Notes: a model not told the origin generated them from the sequence alone. A stretch of 64,000 bases of DNA from an uncultured Arcobacter sp. (GCA_965140705.1 OZ223300.1:704001-768000); one strand, 5' to 3'; shown: positions 1 through 11,431, counted from the first letter of the stretch. Numbers and translations are program-made.

Positions 1-58
1 TTTTTTATCATACTTTAGCTATTATAATTGCTTTTAGAAATACTTTAAAAGGATAATC

Positions 59-403
59 ATGGATTGGGGTAAAGTAACCTATATATTCTTTTCACTAATG
101 TCTTTAACTACAACGGCAGGGTTTTTATATGAACCAAACTCTTTAGCACTATTTTTAGCAGCTGGGGTTAATGTAATATCTACTATTTTAAAATTGGGTG
201 TTAGAAACTTATTATCTGCAGAATTACTTGCAAGTTCTTTAGTTGCTGATTTACACTTGATACCTGCATTTATGGTTCTTACTTTTATGGGTGATGAAAG
301 ATTGGCTATAGCTCTTGCTATTGGAGCAATTGTTGCAAATATATTCTCAATAGCCTTAGCACTAATAGAAAGTGCAAAAAGTCAGGAAAAGGATGAGTTT
401 TAA
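59..403 (+). CDS. Small multi-pass membrane protein (DUF6394-like), translationally coupled to leuS
   Basis: 114-aa hydrophobic ORF, AAGGA SD, TAATG overlap with leuS. Confidence 0.7.
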   Translation: MDWGKVTYIFFSLMSLTTTAGFLYEPNSLALFLAAGVNVISTILKLGVRNLLSAELLASSLVADLHLIPAFMVLTFMGDERLAIALAIGAIVANIFSIALALIESAKSQEKDEF

Positions 404-2868
404 TGGAGTATAATCCACAAGAGATAGAAAAAAAATGGCAAAACTATTGGTTAGAAAACAATAGCTTTGAACCAAGTGATGATACAAAAAAAGATAAAAA
501 ATATATTTTAAGTATGTTTCCATACCCAAGCGGTAGGATACATATGGGACATGTTAGAAATTACTGTTTAGGTGATGCATTCGCTAGATTTTTTAGAAAA
601 TCAAATTTCAATGTATTACATCCAATTGGTTGGGATAGTTTTGGAATGCCAGCTGAAAATGCTGCTATTAAACACAAACTTCATCCTAAAAAATGGACTT
701 ATGAAAATATAGATTACATGAGAAAAGAGCTAAATGGTTTAGGTTTAAGTTTCTCAAAAAATAGAGAGTTTGCTACTAGTGATGAGCTTTATACAAGATG
801 GGAACAAGAGTTTATTATCAAGATGTATGAAGATGGTCTTTTATATAAAAAATCGACTACTGTAAATTGGTGTGAGCCTTGTCATACAGTTTTAGCAAAT
901 GAGCAAGTAGAAGATGGTGGTTGTTGGAGATGTGGTACTCCTGTTGAGCAAAAAGAGATGCCCGGGTATTATGTGGCAATTACAAAATTTGCTCAAGAAT
1001 TACTTGATGATTTAAAAGATCTTGAAGGATCATGGCCATCACAAGTTCTTACTATGCAAGAAAACTGGATAGGAAGAAGTGAAGGTTTAGAGTTTTCATT
1101 TGAACTTACAAAAGATGCAAGATATAAATTAAACAAAAACTTTGCTTCATTTGATGTATTTACAACAAGACCTGATACTATTTATGGAGTTTCATATACA
1201 GCTCTTTCACCAGAGCATCCAATAGTAAAATATTTAGTGGAAAATGAACTATTAGATGAAAATAAACTAAATAAAATAAAAGCTATGCAAAAAGTAAGTG
1301 AAAGAGATAGGGCAACTATGCCTAAAGAAGGTGTTTCTTTAGAATTAGATGTTCTTCATCCATTAACTGGAAAAACAATTCCAGTATGGGTTGCAAACTT
1401 TGTATTGGTATCTTATGGAAGTGGTGCAGTTATGGCAGTACCTGCCCATGACCAAAGGGATTTTGAATTTGCACAAGAGTATGACTTACCAATTGAGCAA
1501 GTAATTGTTGGAAAAGAGGGTGTTATCTCAAATATGAGAGAAGCTTATACTGAACCTGGAACGCTTATTAATTCAGAGGGCTTTACAAACTTAGATAATA
1601 AAAAAGCACAAAAAGCTATTATTTATCATTTTGAACAAAACTCTTTTGGAACAAAAAAAATTAATTATAAACTAAGAGATTGGGGAGTTTCTAGACAAAG
1701 ATATTGGGGAGCACCAATTCCCTTTATCCATTGTGATTCTTGTGGTTTAGTTCCTGAAAAAATTGAAAATCTTCCAGTTGCCTTACCAGAAGATGTTGAG
1801 ATTACAGGTGAGGGAAATCCCCTTGATAATCACCCAACATGGAAACATACAACTTGTCCAAAATGTGGTAAACCAGCACTAAGAGAGACAGATACTCTTG
1901 ATACTTTTGTTCAATCATCTTGGTACTTTTTAAGATATGCTACAAATAATAAAAAGTGGAATAGTGTAGGTATTTCAAAAGAAGATAGTGATTATTGGAT
2001 GGATGTTGACCAATATATTGGTGGAATTGAACATGCAATTTTACATCTTCTTTATTCTAGATTTTTCACAAAAGCTTTAAATAAACTAGGGTACACAAAC
2101 TCTAAAGAGCCATTTAAAAGACTTCTTACTCAAGGTATGGTTTTAAAAGATGGGGCAAAAATGTCAAAATCTAAAGGAAATGTTGTAGATCCTGATAAGA
2201 TTGTTGAAAAATATGGAGCTGATACTGCAAGATTGTTTATGCTTTTTGCTGCACCACCTACTAAAGAGCTTGACTGGAATGATAGTGCTGTTGATGGGGC
2301 ATTTAAATTTATTAAAAGATTTACAGCAAAAGTTGAAATGGCTGAGGGTATTTCAATTGATGAGATAAATTCAATTGACCATGATTCTTTAAATAAAGAA
2401 GAAAAAGAAGCTAGAAAAAAAGTTTATGAAGCATTACAAAAATCAAATGAAGTGTTTTCTAAAACTTATGCTTTTAATACTTTAATTGCAGCCTCAATGG
2501 AAGCTCTAAATGCTTTAAATGCACAAGATAATAAAACAGTTTGGGCAGAGGGATATTATATTTTAACAAATATTTTAGAACCTATTATTCCCCACTTATG
2601 TTGGGAATTATCAAATGAATTATTTGAATTAAAAAATTTCAATAATGATATAAAAGTAAAAGAAGAGGTTTTTGTATCTGATACTATATCAATAGCTATT
2701 ACAATAAATGGTAAGAAAAGAGCAGAGATAGAAGTTGCTCCAAATGCTTCAAAAGAAGAAATTTTAGCAATAGCTAAAGAAGCTTCTTCAAAATGGATAG
2801 ACGGAAAAGAAATAATAAAAGAAATAGTTGTTCCAAATAAATTGGTAAACTTAGTAATTAAGGGATAA
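403..2868 (+). CDS. leuS: Leucine--tRNA ligase
   Basis: [13 protein letters not shown] (HIGH) and KMSKS motifs, 821 aa. Confidence 0.99.
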   Translation: MEYNPQEIEKKWQNYWLENNSFEPSDDTKKDKKYILSMFPYPSGRIHMGHVRNYCLGDAFARFFRKSNFNVLHPIGWDSFGMPAENAAIKHKLHPKKWTYENIDYMRKELNGLGLSFSKNREFATSDELYTRWEQEFIIKMYEDGLLYKKSTTVNWCEPCHTVLANEQVEDGGCWRCGTPVEQKEMPGYYVAITKFAQELLDDLKDLEGSWPSQVLTMQENWIGRSEGLEFSFELTKDARYKLNKNFASFDVFTTRPDTIYGVSYTALSPEHPIVKYLVENELLDENKLNKIKAMQKVSERDRATMPKEGVSLELDVLHPLTGKTIPVWVANFVLVSYGSGAVMAVPAHDQRDFEFAQEYDLPIEQVIVGKEGVISNMREAYTEPGTLINSEGFTNLDNKKAQKAIIYHFEQNSFGTKKINYKLRDWGVSRQRYWGAPIPFIHCDSCGLVPEKIENLPVALPEDVEITGEGNPLDNHPTWKHTTCPKCGKPALRETDTLDTFVQSSWYFLRYATNNKKWNSVGISKEDSDYWMDVDQYIGGIEHAILHLLYSRFFTKALNKLGYTNSKEPFKRLLTQGMVLKDGAKMSKSKGNVVDPDKIVEKYGADTARLFMLFAAPPTKELDWNDSAVDGAFKFIKRFTAKVEMAEGISIDEINSIDHDSLNKEEKEARKKVYEALQKSNEVFSKTYAFNTLIAASMEALNALNAQDNKTVWAEGYYILTNILEPIIPHLCWELSNELFELKNFNNDIKVKEEVFVSDTISIAITINGKKRAEIEVAPNASKEEILAIAKEASSKWIDGKEIIKEIVVPNKLVNLVIKG

Positions 2869-2870
2869 TT

Positions 2871-3401
2871 ATGAGATTAAAATCAATTGTATTAGCAGTT
2901 TTGATTGGACTTGTATTTGTAGCTTGTGGTTATAAACCAGGTTCATATTATGCAAAAAAAGAGATTCAGGGAAAAGTCTTTGTTGACCTAAAAGTTAATA
3001 TAGAAGATCCTAAAAACTCAGTATTAATAAAAGATGCTATGAATGAACTATTAGTTCATAAATTAGATGCAAAATTAGTGAATAAGAAAGAACTAGCTGA
3101 TACAATTGTTGTAGTAAGATTAAACTCTACTAGCTTTTCTACTTTACAGTATGACACTGATGGTTATTCAAAACTATATAAAGCAACATCAAGTATAAAT
3201 GTTCAATATAACAATGTAAAACAAAAGTTAACAAGAAATTTTGATGTTTCTGGTACTTATGATTTTTCTATTGATAGTGGTGGAACAATTTCAGATAATA
3301 AAAGGTTTGAAGCAATTAAAGCTGCAACTTCAAAAGCTTTAGATGAAGTTATTTCAAAAATAGCAATATTATCATTTAAAAAACCTGACCTTGAAGATTA
3401 A
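2871..3401 (+). CDS. lptE: LPS assembly lipoprotein LptE family
   Basis: Lipobox FVAC-GY; conserved position directly after leuS. Confidence 0.8.
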   Translation: MRLKSIVLAVLIGLVFVACGYKPGSYYAKKEIQGKVFVDLKVNIEDPKNSVLIKDAMNELLVHKLDAKLVNKKELADTIVVVRLNSTSFSTLQYDTDGYSKLYKATSSINVQYNNVKQKLTRNFDVSGTYDFSIDSGGTISDNKRFEAIKAATSKALDEVISKIAILSFKKPDLED

Positions 3402-4560
3402 TTTTAAAGAGATACCTTTAAAAGAGTTTTTAGAATATAAAACTATGTACTATGATAAAATAGATTTTACCATAGTACAAAACTCTTTTGAAGTTTTAAA
3501 AAAAGAGATAAAAATACCTTTTATTATCCACATTGTTGGGACAAATGGTAAAGGTACTACAGGAAGATTTTTAGCAAAATATTTATCAAGTATTGGCAAA
3601 GATGTTCTACATTATAGTTCTCCCCATATAACAAAGTTTAATGAAAGAATTTGGATAAATGATTTTGATGTAAGTGATTTACTTCTTGATGAAGCTCATA
3701 AATTTTTACAAAAGATTTTAGATACACCTTTACTTGAAAAATTAACATATTTCGAATATACAACACTTCTAGCATTTTATTTAAGTTCTAATAGGGATTA
3801 TCTTATTTTAGAAGCTGGTCTTGGGGGAGAATTTGATGCTACAAATGTCGCAGAAAATGATTTGTCTCTTATTACTACAATTGATTTAGATCATCAATCT
3901 TTTCTTGGAAATAGCATAAAAGAGATTTCTCTAACGAAAATGCGAGCTTGTGATAAGGTTATGATTGTTGGTTCTCAAATACATGAGGAAGTCTATTTGC
4001 ATGCAAAAATTATTGAAGAAGAGAGAAATATAAGATTACTAAGCCTTGATGATTTAAAAAGTGATGTGAGTAGTTTAAAAATTTTTTTCCCAAAATACCT
4101 ATTAAATAATATTTCTTTGGTTATAGCTGCACTTAAATATTTAAACATTAATGTTGATATTAAAAAATTTGAGAATATGAAGTTAAATGGTAGATGTGAA
4201 AAATATAAAAATAATATTACTTTGGATGTGGGACATAACCCCCTTGCAGCAAGAAGTATTTTAGAAGAGTTTAAAAATAAAAAAATTAATTTAATATATA
4301 ATAGTTATGCAGATAAAGATTATGAAAAAGTTTTGAAAATATTAAAACCTATTGTAAAAAAGTTGTATATACTACCTTTAGATGATAAAAGAGTAGTAAA
4401 AAAGAGTGATTTAATGAATGTTTGTGCTAAATTGAATATAATAACAGATGTATTTAAAAATGAAATAAATGAAGATGAAGAATATTTGGTCTTTGGTTCA
4501 TTTTTAGTAATTGAAAAATTTTTGAAGATTGAGAAAAGTGTAGATGAAGATATTAAATAA
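3391..4560 (+). CDS. folC: Folylpolyglutamate synthase/dihydrofolate synthase
   Basis: VGTNGKGT, EAGLGGEFDATN, DVGHNP and FGSF motifs. Confidence 0.95.
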   Translation: MKINFKEIPLKEFLEYKTMYYDKIDFTIVQNSFEVLKKEIKIPFIIHIVGTNGKGTTGRFLAKYLSSIGKDVLHYSSPHITKFNERIWINDFDVSDLLLDEAHKFLQKILDTPLLEKLTYFEYTTLLAFYLSSNRDYLILEAGLGGEFDATNVAENDLSLITTIDLDHQSFLGNSIKEISLTKMRACDKVMIVGSQIHEEVYLHAKIIEEERNIRLLSLDDLKSDVSSLKIFFPKYLLNNISLVIAALKYLNINVDIKKFENMKLNGRCEKYKNNITLDVGHNPLAARSILEEFKNKKINLIYNSYADKDYEKVLKILKPIVKKLYILPLDDKRVVKKSDLMNVCAKLNIITDVFKNEINEDEEYLVFGSFLVIEKFLKIEKSVDEDIK

Positions 4561-5458
4561 TAGATTAGTAATTACAGTTTCAGATGTAAATAGTACTAAG
4601 TCTTACAATATCCATCAACTTTTTAAAAAAATAATTTTTATAGCGATTATAGTTGCCTTTGTTGTAATTGCTGGTTCTTTTTGGTTTATCTCTTTTTTAT
4701 CAAATGAAATTAGTGATTTTAAAGCTAAAAAAGAGAAAGAAATTACTCTATTGACAGAAAAAGAGAAAAAGCTTCAAGCCCAGAATCTTTTTTATTCTAT
4801 GAAAATCAAAGGCAAGGTTAAAGATATAGAGGAACTTAGTAGTAAGTTAGATAGTATAGAAGAAATTGTTGGGTTAAATAGAGATGCAAATGAACAAATA
4901 GCAATTACAAAGGCAACTTTAACTAAAATAACACCAGCTCAAAAAATGTACATGTTATCAACTATTCCAAATGGAGCACCTTTACAAAGAATTAGTGTAT
5001 CAGCTAATTTTGGATATCGTATTCATCCTGTAACCCATGAAAAGAAATTTCATAGGGGAATTGATTTAAGAGCACATCTTAAAACTTCAGTTTTTGCAAC
5101 AGCAGATGGAGTTGTAAGATATGTTCAGCCAAGAAATACAGGAGACTATGGAAGAGTTATAATTCTTTCCCATAATTTTGGATTTGAAACCGTGTATGCA
5201 CATTTAAGTGCCACTAAAGTAAAGCTTGGTGATGTAATCAAAAAAAATCAGGTCATAGGTATGACAGGAAACTCTGGAAGAAGTACAGGTCCACACTTGC
5301 ATTATGAAGTAAGATATGCAAGTATGGTTTTAAATCCTAGAGATTTCATAGATTGGAATTTAAAGAAGTTTAATTCAATATTTAGTAAACAAAGGAGAGT
5401 ACAGTGGGAGTATTTGGTAAATCTGATAAAAGAACAACAGAAGCTGGGGCAACTATAA
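4544..5458 (+). CDS. M23 family metallopeptidase with TM segment and coiled coil (Csd1-like)
   Basis: HRGID and STGPHLHYEV zinc motifs. Confidence 0.9.
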   Translation: MKILNNRLVITVSDVNSTKSYNIHQLFKKIIFIAIIVAFVVIAGSFWFISFLSNEISDFKAKKEKEITLLTEKEKKLQAQNLFYSMKIKGKVKDIEELSSKLDSIEEIVGLNRDANEQIAITKATLTKITPAQKMYMLSTIPNGAPLQRISVSANFGYRIHPVTHEKKFHRGIDLRAHLKTSVFATADGVVRYVQPRNTGDYGRVIILSHNFGFETVYAHLSATKVKLGDVIKKNQVIGMTGNSGRSTGPHLHYEVRYASMVLNPRDFIDWNLKKFNSIFSKQRRVQWEYLVNLIKEQQKLGQL

Positions 5459-5862
5459 TCGCTAAAGGAACTTGTATCATAGGTGGGATTTCTACTCAAG
5501 GTACAGTTCATATTGATGGAAAATTTGAAGGTGTAATACTTGAAGCTGATGCAATTTCAATTGGGAAAACAGGTGAAGTAATCGGTGATATTAAAGCAAA
5601 TCATGTAGTTGTAAGTGGTTTTTTTGATGGTAAGATTGATTGTAATGTTATGCAAGTATTAGCTGCTGGAAAAGTTATTGGTGATTTTACTTATAATGAT
5701 TTGATTATTGAAGAAGATGCTAAATTTGAGGGAAGAGTTATTAGAAAAAATTCTGAACTAAAAAGTAGATATAATGAAATAGAGAATAGAATTGGTGGTT
5801 TTGTATCAACAAAAGAAGAAGATCTTTCATATGAAAAACCAGATACAGAAAAGATTAAATAA
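5404..5862 (+). CDS. Bactofilin (CcmA-like polymer-forming cytoskeletal protein)
   Basis: TIIAKGT..G..HIDGKFEG beta-helix repeats; GTG start after AAGGAG; overlaps the M23 gene by 55 nt. Confidence 0.9.
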   Translation: MGVFGKSDKRTTEAGATIIAKGTCIIGGISTQGTVHIDGKFEGVILEADAISIGKTGEVIGDIKANHVVVSGFFDGKIDCNVMQVLAAGKVIGDFTYNDLIIEEDAKFEGRVIRKNSELKSRYNEIENRIGGFVSTKEEDLSYEKPDTEKIK

Positions 5863-7951
5863 ACTTTACCAAGACAAACTAAATATTGAAAAAGAGATAG
5901 CTCTATTAGAAAAAGAATTAAATAAAAAAGAGTTAAACAAAGATGAGAAGATTGATTTATTTAGAACTTTGTTTATTTCTCGTGCAGATGTGTATCTAAA
6001 AAAATGGATTAGTAAAGACTCTACAAAAGAGTCTTATTTCCCTGTTACTAAAACTTTCCAAGGAAGTGATTATTTACCTCTTTTAAATGAAGACATTGAG
6101 CAACATTTAAGGGGTAAAGTTCAACTTTCTACTTATAATATTTCCATAAGTAATCAATGCAAATATGGCATTTTAAAAATCTCAAAAAATGATATTTCAA
6201 AACTACAAATGACTTTAACCCAGCTAAATTTAATTGGCAATTATCAATTTGATTCATATAATGATGTTTTGATTTGGTTTTTTTATGAAGAGAATATTCA
6301 AGCTCGTGATGTAAAAGAGTTTTTACAAAATATAATTAAAACTGCTAATATAAATGCAAAAATATATCCAAATATAGACTTTGTAAATAGTTCAAACTTT
6401 GGTTCATATATTGAATTACCATTACATTTAAAATTAAGACAAAGTAATAAAACTGTTTTTTTTGATTGCAATAGTTTAACTCCTTATGAAGATCAATGGG
6501 ATTATTTGAGAAATGTACAAAAAATACCTAAAAATACTGTATTAAAAATAGCAAAAATAAATGAACAGAAAGCTCTTCAAAGTTGGGAAAAACAAAGTGT
6601 AAATAGTGTTGAATATCCAACTTTTCCATTAGAAATCACGATTTATGATTATGTATATATAAAAAGCAAAAATTTATCAAAATCATTTTTAAATGAATTG
6701 AAGAATTTAGCAGTTTTTGATAATCCTCAAATAAAGATTCTTTTGAGTTTAAGAAAACCACTTTTTAATACTCCAAAACAGATAAAAAATTATGAAGAAG
6801 ATGAAAGCTATTTAAAACTTCCAAGGGGAGTTTTAGGTTTTGTTTTAAGAATTTTAAAACAAAATGGTGTTAAATACACAATTGATGACAAAAGAGTAGA
6901 GAATAAACAAGAGTATCCAAAAGTAAAATATGAACTAAGGGATGATCAAAATTTAGCAATATCAAAAGTGATTAAGAAAGATTTTTCAATTTGTGTTGCT
7001 CCTCCTGGTTTTGGTAAAACCTTAATTGGTGCTAAGATGATAGAATTAAGGGGTGTAAATACTTTAATAATAGTAAATAAAAATATGCTTTTAGACCAAT
7101 GGATTCAAAGATTTGTTGATTATTTTGGAATGAATAAAAAAGATATAGGTTTTTTAGGTAAGAGTAAAAATAAATTAACTGGAAAACTTGATATTGCTAC
7201 CATGCAAAGTTTAAAAAATCAACCAGAAATTATAAAAGACTACTCTTTTGTAATAGTTGATGAGTGCCATCATATCCCAGCTGTTACTTTTGAGTTAATA
7301 ATAAAACTATTTTGTGGTAAATATGTTTTAGGACTTAGTGCAACGCCAAATAGAAAAGATGGTTTAGAACCAATACTTTTTCAGCAATTAGGGCAAATAT
7401 TATATGAGTATAAAAAGAAAAGAACACTTACTCATAGAATAAAAGTTATAAATACTGATTTTAAAAGTCAATCAGATAATTATGCCCAATTAATCAATGA
7501 AATAACTGTAGATAAAAGTAGAAATGAATTGATTATAAATGAAGTAAAACAGTACCCTAATAGGAAGATATTAATATTAACAGATAGAATTGAACACATA
7601 AATATTTTGGAAGAATTATTAATAAAAAATAATTTAAAATATGTTAGTATACATGGAAGTTTGAGTAAAAAAGAACAACAAGAAAATTTAGAGCAAATAG
7701 AAAATAGCAATTTAATACTTGCTACAACTTCTTATTTTGGGGAAGGTATAGATTTTCCCCATCTAAATACAATTATTTTTGTAACACCAATTTCTTATTA
7801 TGGAAGATTGGTACAATATCTAGGTAGAGTAGGTCGAGATGGACAGGAGTGTTTAGCAATTGACTTGCTTGATTCAAAAAATGCAATGTTAAATTCAACC
7901 TTTAAAAAAAGGCTTGAAGGCTATAAGCAAATGCATTATAAAATTTATTAG
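5831..7951 (+). CDS. SF2 (DExH) helicase with an N-terminal degenerate AEP primase-like domain
   Basis: APPGFGKT, DECHH, SATP and QYLGRVGR motifs; ATG at 5831 is more likely than TTG at 5792. Confidence 0.85.
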   Translation: MKNQIQKRLNKLYQDKLNIEKEIALLEKELNKKELNKDEKIDLFRTLFISRADVYLKKWISKDSTKESYFPVTKTFQGSDYLPLLNEDIEQHLRGKVQLSTYNISISNQCKYGILKISKNDISKLQMTLTQLNLIGNYQFDSYNDVLIWFFYEENIQARDVKEFLQNIIKTANINAKIYPNIDFVNSSNFGSYIELPLHLKLRQSNKTVFFDCNSLTPYEDQWDYLRNVQKIPKNTVLKIAKINEQKALQSWEKQSVNSVEYPTFPLEITIYDYVYIKSKNLSKSFLNELKNLAVFDNPQIKILLSLRKPLFNTPKQIKNYEEDESYLKLPRGVLGFVLRILKQNGVKYTIDDKRVENKQEYPKVKYELRDDQNLAISKVIKKDFSICVAPPGFGKTLIGAKMIELRGVNTLIIVNKNMLLDQWIQRFVDYFGMNKKDIGFLGKSKNKLTGKLDIATMQSLKNQPEIIKDYSFVIVDECHHIPAVTFELIIKLFCGKYVLGLSATPNRKDGLEPILFQQLGQILYEYKKKRTLTHRIKVINTDFKSQSDNYAQLINEITVDKSRNELIINEVKQYPNRKILILTDRIEHINILEELLIKNNLKYVSIHGSLSKKEQQENLEQIENSNLILATTSYFGEGIDFPHLNTIIFVTPISYYGRLVQYLGRVGRDGQECLAIDLLDSKNAMLNSTFKKRLEGYKQMHYKIY

Positions 7952-7958
7952 GATTTAT

Positions 7959-9587
7959 ATGTTAGGAATAATTGTAGCTACAATTTTTATTGCAATATTT
8001 GTAAACTTATTATTAAAAAAATTTCAATTGCCAACTATTATTGGATATATATTTACAGGTACAATTATAGCTTATTTGTTTGGGTTACATGAAGCAGCAG
8101 TAAATAACCATGATCTAAAAGAAATAGCAGAGTTTGGTGTAGTATTTTTGATGTTTACAATTGGATTAGAGTTTTCTGTTAATGCCTTAATAAGAATGAA
8201 AAGAGAAGTTTTTTTCACAGGAACTTTGCAAATAATTATTACAACTTTAATTGTCGTTCTTATCTCTTTTTATATATTAAATTTTGATTTTAAAACTTCT
8301 ATGATAATAGGAACAGCCTTATCTTTATCTTCTACTGCTATTGTTTTAAAAACATATAATGAAACCAGAGATATTAAAAAAAGACATGGACAAAGGGTTT
8401 TGGGAATTTTGATTATGCAAGATATTGCAGTAATTCCAATACTTTTAATGATATCAATTTTTACAACAAACTCTGAAAATAGTGTTTTATATATAGTTTT
8501 ACAAACAACTATTGCAGCAGTTATTTTAATAGGAATTTTATATTTAAGTGGAAAATATCTACTTGAACCATTTTTAACCCATGTTAGTGAAACAAACTCA
8601 GAAGAACTATTTGTAGGGTCTGTTTTATTAATAGCAATAGGGGCTTCTTATATGGCCCATTATTTCGGATTTTCTTATTCTCTTGGAGCTTTTATAGCTG
8701 GTATGATGATCTCAGAGACAAAGTTTAAACACCAAGTAGAATCAGATCTTATTCCTTTTAGAAATTTGTTATTAGGAGTATTCTTTGTAACTGTTGGTAT
8801 GCAAATAAATTTTGAAATAATTTATTTGCATTTGTTTACGATACTACTTTTATTACCTATTTTAATGATTTTAAAATATTGCATAATTTATTTAATAGTT
8901 AGACTTGATGATACAAAAAGAGTAGCTTTTAAAACTGCTTTTTCATTGGTTCAAATAGGTGAGTTTTCTTTAGCGATATTAGAGTTAGCAAGAAGTGCAA
9001 ACTTGTTAAATGCAACCCATACACAAGTTTTAATTGTAACTATTGTTTTATCTATGATTTTGACTCCAATTGCACTTAAAAATTTATCAAAAATAGCTAG
9101 TTCTTTATTACCAGATGATATTATGGATACAACTAATACCTTAGTTGTCGATAAAGACTTAAAAGGTCATGTAGTCGTTCTTGGATATGGGCACTTGGGA
9201 CAAGAGATTGTACGAGAGTTAAAAGAGCTTAACAATGATTATATTATTATAGAAAATAAAATTCTTTTTTACAAAATGGGAAAAGAGGATAATGAACCAA
9301 TTATTTTTGGAAATGCAGCACATAAACATATTTTAGAGTCTGTAAATATTAGAACCTCTTGTGCAGTTATAGTAGCTATTGATAATCCAGAACAATTAAG
9401 AATTGTTTGTGAGAGTATTAATGAATTGACAAAAAATACTAAAACAATAGTAAAAATTACAAAAACTCAAGATATGAAAAATCTAGATGGATTACACTTA
9501 GAACACATAATTGTGGATGATCAAGTAGTTGCAAAAGCTTTGGTTGAAGAGACTAGAGTTTGTAGTATTGATTTTTCACATAAGTAA
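7959..9587 (+). CDS. CPA2 cation:proton antiporter (KefB/KefC-like) with C-terminal KTN domain
   Basis: AEFGVVFLMFTIGLE, SSTAIV, QDIAV, GYGHLG; ATG at 7959 after AGGA. Confidence 0.92.
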   Translation: MLGIIVATIFIAIFVNLLLKKFQLPTIIGYIFTGTIIAYLFGLHEAAVNNHDLKEIAEFGVVFLMFTIGLEFSVNALIRMKREVFFTGTLQIIITTLIVVLISFYILNFDFKTSMIIGTALSLSSTAIVLKTYNETRDIKKRHGQRVLGILIMQDIAVIPILLMISIFTTNSENSVLYIVLQTTIAAVILIGILYLSGKYLLEPFLTHVSETNSEELFVGSVLLIAIGASYMAHYFGFSYSLGAFIAGMMISETKFKHQVESDLIPFRNLLLGVFFVTVGMQINFEIIYLHLFTILLLLPILMILKYCIIYLIVRLDDTKRVAFKTAFSLVQIGEFSLAILELARSANLLNATHTQVLIVTIVLSMILTPIALKNLSKIASSLLPDDIMDTTNTLVVDKDLKGHVVVLGYGHLGQEIVRELKELNNDYIIIENKILFYKMGKEDNEPIIFGNAAHKHILESVNIRTSCAVIVAIDNPEQLRIVCESINELTKNTKTIVKITKTQDMKNLDGLHLEHIIVDDQVVAKALVEETRVCSIDFSHK

Positions 9588-9607
9588 GATACTAAAAAAG
9601 TATCTTA
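9585..9607. terminator. Hairpin between convergent genes; each arm ends in a stop codon
   Basis: TAAGATACT-AAAAA-AGTATCTTA. Confidence 0.55.
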
Positions 9608-11311
9608 TTTTATATATCTTGATTTTTGTTTTGCTTTTACCTTATCAATTTCAACTACAATCAGACCATCTACACAGTTTGAAAAATCAGGATCCACATT
9701 AAAGCCTTGAAAGTTTACTCCGCCTTCTTCACATAACTCTGAGTATTGTTTATATAGTGTTGGAACAGCAATTCCCATGTTTGAAAGGGCTGTTTTTAAT
9801 ATCTTGAAATCACTTTTTTTGTCACTTAATTTAAACATCATTTTTATTGACTTTAAATCAATAGAGTATTGATATGGAATTTTTGATTCTAATAGATTAT
9901 CATTACTTGAATAATAGTGAGAATAATAAAATATAAGCATATCTTTTGCAATCTTTGGTAATGAGGCCGAAATAGATACTGGACCATACATGTATTTTAT
10001 TTGTGGATTAGTTTTTAAATATGCTCCAATCCCATACCAAAGATAATCTAAAGCACGACTTCCCCAATATTTTGGTTGAACAAAACTACGTCCTAACTCA
10101 ATTGAATCATCTAAGTAAGGAAGAAATTCATTTTTATATTCAAATAAGGTACTTGAATAAAATCCAGAAACTCCTAAATTATTATTAATAAATTTACCAT
10201 TTCCAATTCTATAAGAACCTACTATTTCTAAAGCTTCCCTATCCCATAAAATAATATGTTCATAATAAATATCATACTTATCTGTATCTCTTTTTTTATT
10301 TATTCCCTCACCCACACTTCTAAAAGATAATTCCCTAAGTCTTCCAAGCTCTTTTAAAACGATTGAATCATCTGTGTAATTATATAAATATATAATCTTA
10401 CCATCTGAAGTCTCACCAATAATTTTTGAACTTTTTAATTCATTCATAATATCTTGTCTTTTTTCAGGGTGAGCAATTGCTTTTTGAGTTACAAAAAAAG
10501 ATTTTTTTCCTTTTTTTAAGGCATAAAGGTGTTTTTTATAAAGGGTTAAAAGATATCTTTTATTAATACCCTTTGGCATAATATTTTCATTTGGAATAAT
10601 TTCACCAATTTTTATGCTAATTCTTTTTGATTTTTTCTTAAACATTTCATGGGATAAAAGCAGAGTTGAAAAGGTTTTATTCAAGATAGAAATTGTATAA
10701 AATATTTTAGAGTTTTTACCATCAACTAATATTGGTAAAATCGGTGCATTACAGTGTTGTGCAAAACTTAAGAAACCTTTACTCCATACTGGGTCTTTTA
10801 TTCCTTTTGGTGTTGCACGGCTAACTTCTCCTGCTGGAAAGATTATGATTGCTTCATCATTGTTAAGTGCATCATAGATAGCTTTAATATCTTTTTTACT
10901 TTGTCTTCTTTTATAATTGTCTATTGGGACAAATAAAGAACTAAGTGCTTCAATACCTGCTAAGAAATCATTTGCAACAATCTTTACATCTTTTCTAACT
11001 TTCCCCACAAGTTTCAATAAACATAAAGCATCCAATCCCCCTAAAGGATGATTTGCTATGATTACCACTTTTCCAGAACTTGGTATATTTTGTATATCAT
11101 TACTAGAAACAGTATAGTCAAAATCAAAATTATCTAAAACAGCATCTACAAATTCAAAACCTTTTTTATGTGCATTTGTTTGTAAAAACTCATTAATAGA
11201 GTCTTCATGTACTACTTTTTTTGCAAGTGTAATTAAAGATTTATTTATAAAAGATGATTCTAAATCAAGTTTTGGAAATTTTTTCTTTATCTCTTTTTCT
11301 ACATTAACCAT
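9605..11311 (-). CDS. Bifunctional acyltransferase: PlsC-like domain plus GNAT (OlsB-like) domain; OlsF-like ornithine lipid synthase
   Basis: NHPLGGLD and FPAGEVS in the N-half; LGRLRELSFR, GSYR, ELGRSFV, FNVDPDF in the C-half. Confidence 0.8.
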   Translation of the reverse strand: MVNVEKEIKKKFPKLDLESSFINKSLITLAKKVVHEDSINEFLQTNAHKKGFEFVDAVLDNFDFDYTVSSNDIQNIPSSGKVVIIANHPLGGLDALCLLKLVGKVRKDVKIVANDFLAGIEALSSLFVPIDNYKRRQSKKDIKAIYDALNNDEAIIIFPAGEVSRATPKGIKDPVWSKGFLSFAQHCNAPILPILVDGKNSKIFYTISILNKTFSTLLLSHEMFKKKSKRISIKIGEIIPNENIMPKGINKRYLLTLYKKHLYALKKGKKSFFVTQKAIAHPEKRQDIMNELKSSKIIGETSDGKIIYLYNYTDDSIVLKELGRLRELSFRSVGEGINKKRDTDKYDIYYEHIILWDREALEIVGSYRIGNGKFINNNLGVSGFYSSTLFEYKNEFLPYLDDSIELGRSFVQPKYWGSRALDYLWYGIGAYLKTNPQIKYMYGPVSISASLPKIAKDMLIFYYSHYYSSNDNLLESKIPYQYSIDLKSIKMMFKLSDKKSDFKILKTALSNMGIAVPTLYKQYSELCEEGGVNFQGFNVDPDFSNCVDGLIVVEIDKVKAKQKSRYIK

Positions 11312-11431
11312 TTGTGTCCTTTTGTTATTTGATATTTTATATTTAAATGATTACATGATGGTTACTCTTTTTTTTCTTTTTTCTTTTGTTTGTTTATGGT
11401 AAACTCCACAAAAAAGTTAAAGGAGAGGTTT

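Noticed and set aside
11366..11396. T-rich run upstream of the DUF445 gene as a phase-variable tract
   Set aside because: Interrupted T-runs are common in this AT-rich DNA; no poly-G/C contingency tract was seen in the window
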